Virus record (IMG/VR): IMGVR_UViG_3300028165_000034
Span: 1 to 64,000 of that record
Length of the DNA: 64,000 nt
Reading direction: 5' to 3' (one strand)
Source: an uncultured virus (IMG/VR IMGVR_UViG_3300028165_000034)
Taxonomy: Duplodnaviria > Heunggongvirae > Uroviricota > Caudoviricetes
Part shown: positions 63,368-64,000 of the stretch, piece after piece
Layout of the letters: each line of letters begins with the position of its first letter
How positions within the stretch are numbered: the stretch's first letter is position 1
Notes under the pieces: model-generated
The model's input: the letters and a program-made list of their open reading frames with translations, nothing else
Database searches by the model: none
Told to the model about the DNA's origin: nothing
Translations under genes and position numbers: made by a program

Positions 63368-63566
63368 CGCTTATCTCCTTTGATTTGGCAGTCGCCATTT
63401 TCAGTAGTTCGTTTAACTCGGTGTTGTCCAGAACGTTGTAGCCGCACTTAGCCAGCATCGAGTGCCGTGTCTTGTCTGGTAAGTGCTTGAAAATCCCGAG
63501 ACTCAGCAAGCTCGTTACCGTGCATCCCCAGAGTTTCTTGGATAGCCAATGCAATAGCTTCCGCAT
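63345..63566 (-). CDS. small hypothetical protein
   Basis: ORF bridging to thyA; overlaps its neighbours. Confidence 0.4.
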   Translation of the reverse strand: MRKLLHWLSKKLWGCTVTSLLSLGIFKHLPDKTRHSMLAKCGYNVLDNTELNELLKMATAKSKEISDAQTSQR

Positions 63567-63963
63567 TTTCGTGTACCCATTGTTGGCTGATGGCGCCCCA
63601 GTTCAGGACGTATAAACGCTCCAGCCGATCGGTGGCGAACTCCACACCCAAGAGCGTGACGCCATCAATGATCCTGCCGATGTTCTTTCCAGTTGTCCCA
63701 AGCTCCTTCGCCAGTTCTTTCTGGGTTAGCTTGTTCTTGTCCATGACGTACAGCAACCACAGCTTGCGCAGGAACCCTACCTGAACTCGCTGGAATGGAT
63801 CGCGTGGGATGATGGCATTGGCACACTGCCGTCGAATATCCTCGCGAGCAATCTCGCCCATGAAGCGCCAGCGCTGTACGTCACGCATTTCGATACGGAC
63901 GTTGAGCATATTGGCGTAGCGTCCAAACTTCCACCACGAGCCCTGGTGCCAATAGGCATCCAT
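63448..63963 (-). CDS. HTH DNA-binding protein
   Basis: LTQKELAKELGTTGKNIGRII. Confidence 0.65.
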   Translation of the reverse strand: MDAYWHQGSWWKFGRYANMLNVRIEMRDVQRWRFMGEIAREDIRRQCANAIIPRDPFQRVQVGFLRKLWLLYVMDKNKLTQKELAKELGTTGKNIGRIIDGVTLLGVEFATDRLERLYVLNWGAISQQWVHENAEAIALAIQETLGMHGNELAESRDFQALTRQDTALDAG

Positions 63964-64000
63964 GTAGTATTCACCCTCTACGGTGTAGTCTTGGACTGCA

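Noticed and set aside
61563..63451. Plus-strand ORFs of 225 and 368 aa
   Set aside because: Antisense to thyA and its downstream gene

Overview
Densely coded segment of a large myovirus genome, most likely a jumbo phage. A Pseudomonas/Ralstonia-type host group (Lu11/PaBG/RSL1-like) is my inference only. Genes run on the + strand to about 60.47 kb, then converge with a - strand block at a bidirectional terminator. Main content: (1) a candidate DNA hypermodification cassette of a ParB-like protein, a C5-cytosine MTase with an Asn-to-Arg change in motif X, a CmoA-like carboxy-SAM synthase and a glutaminase-less asparagine-synthetase-like amide ligase, which together predict 5-carboxymethylcytosine and an amide derivative; (2) replication and repair genes (DnaX-like clamp loader, beta-clamp-like protein, family A polymerase with a UDG-like N-terminus, SbcC/SbcD, SF2 and SNF2 helicases, NAD-dependent ligase, thyA); (3) virion genes (tail sheath, 12-repeat Ig-like protein, prohead protease, histone H1-like protein, and four basic proteins sharing an N-terminal leader); (4) an M15 peptidase, a GT2-TPR glycosyltransferase and an Acb1-like anti-CBASS phosphodiesterase. 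Two recurring upstream motifs (CTGTAAA, GCTAATTT) look like phage promoter classes. No rRNA, tRNA, CRISPR array or IS element was recognised. All calls come from reading motifs by eye; no searches were run.
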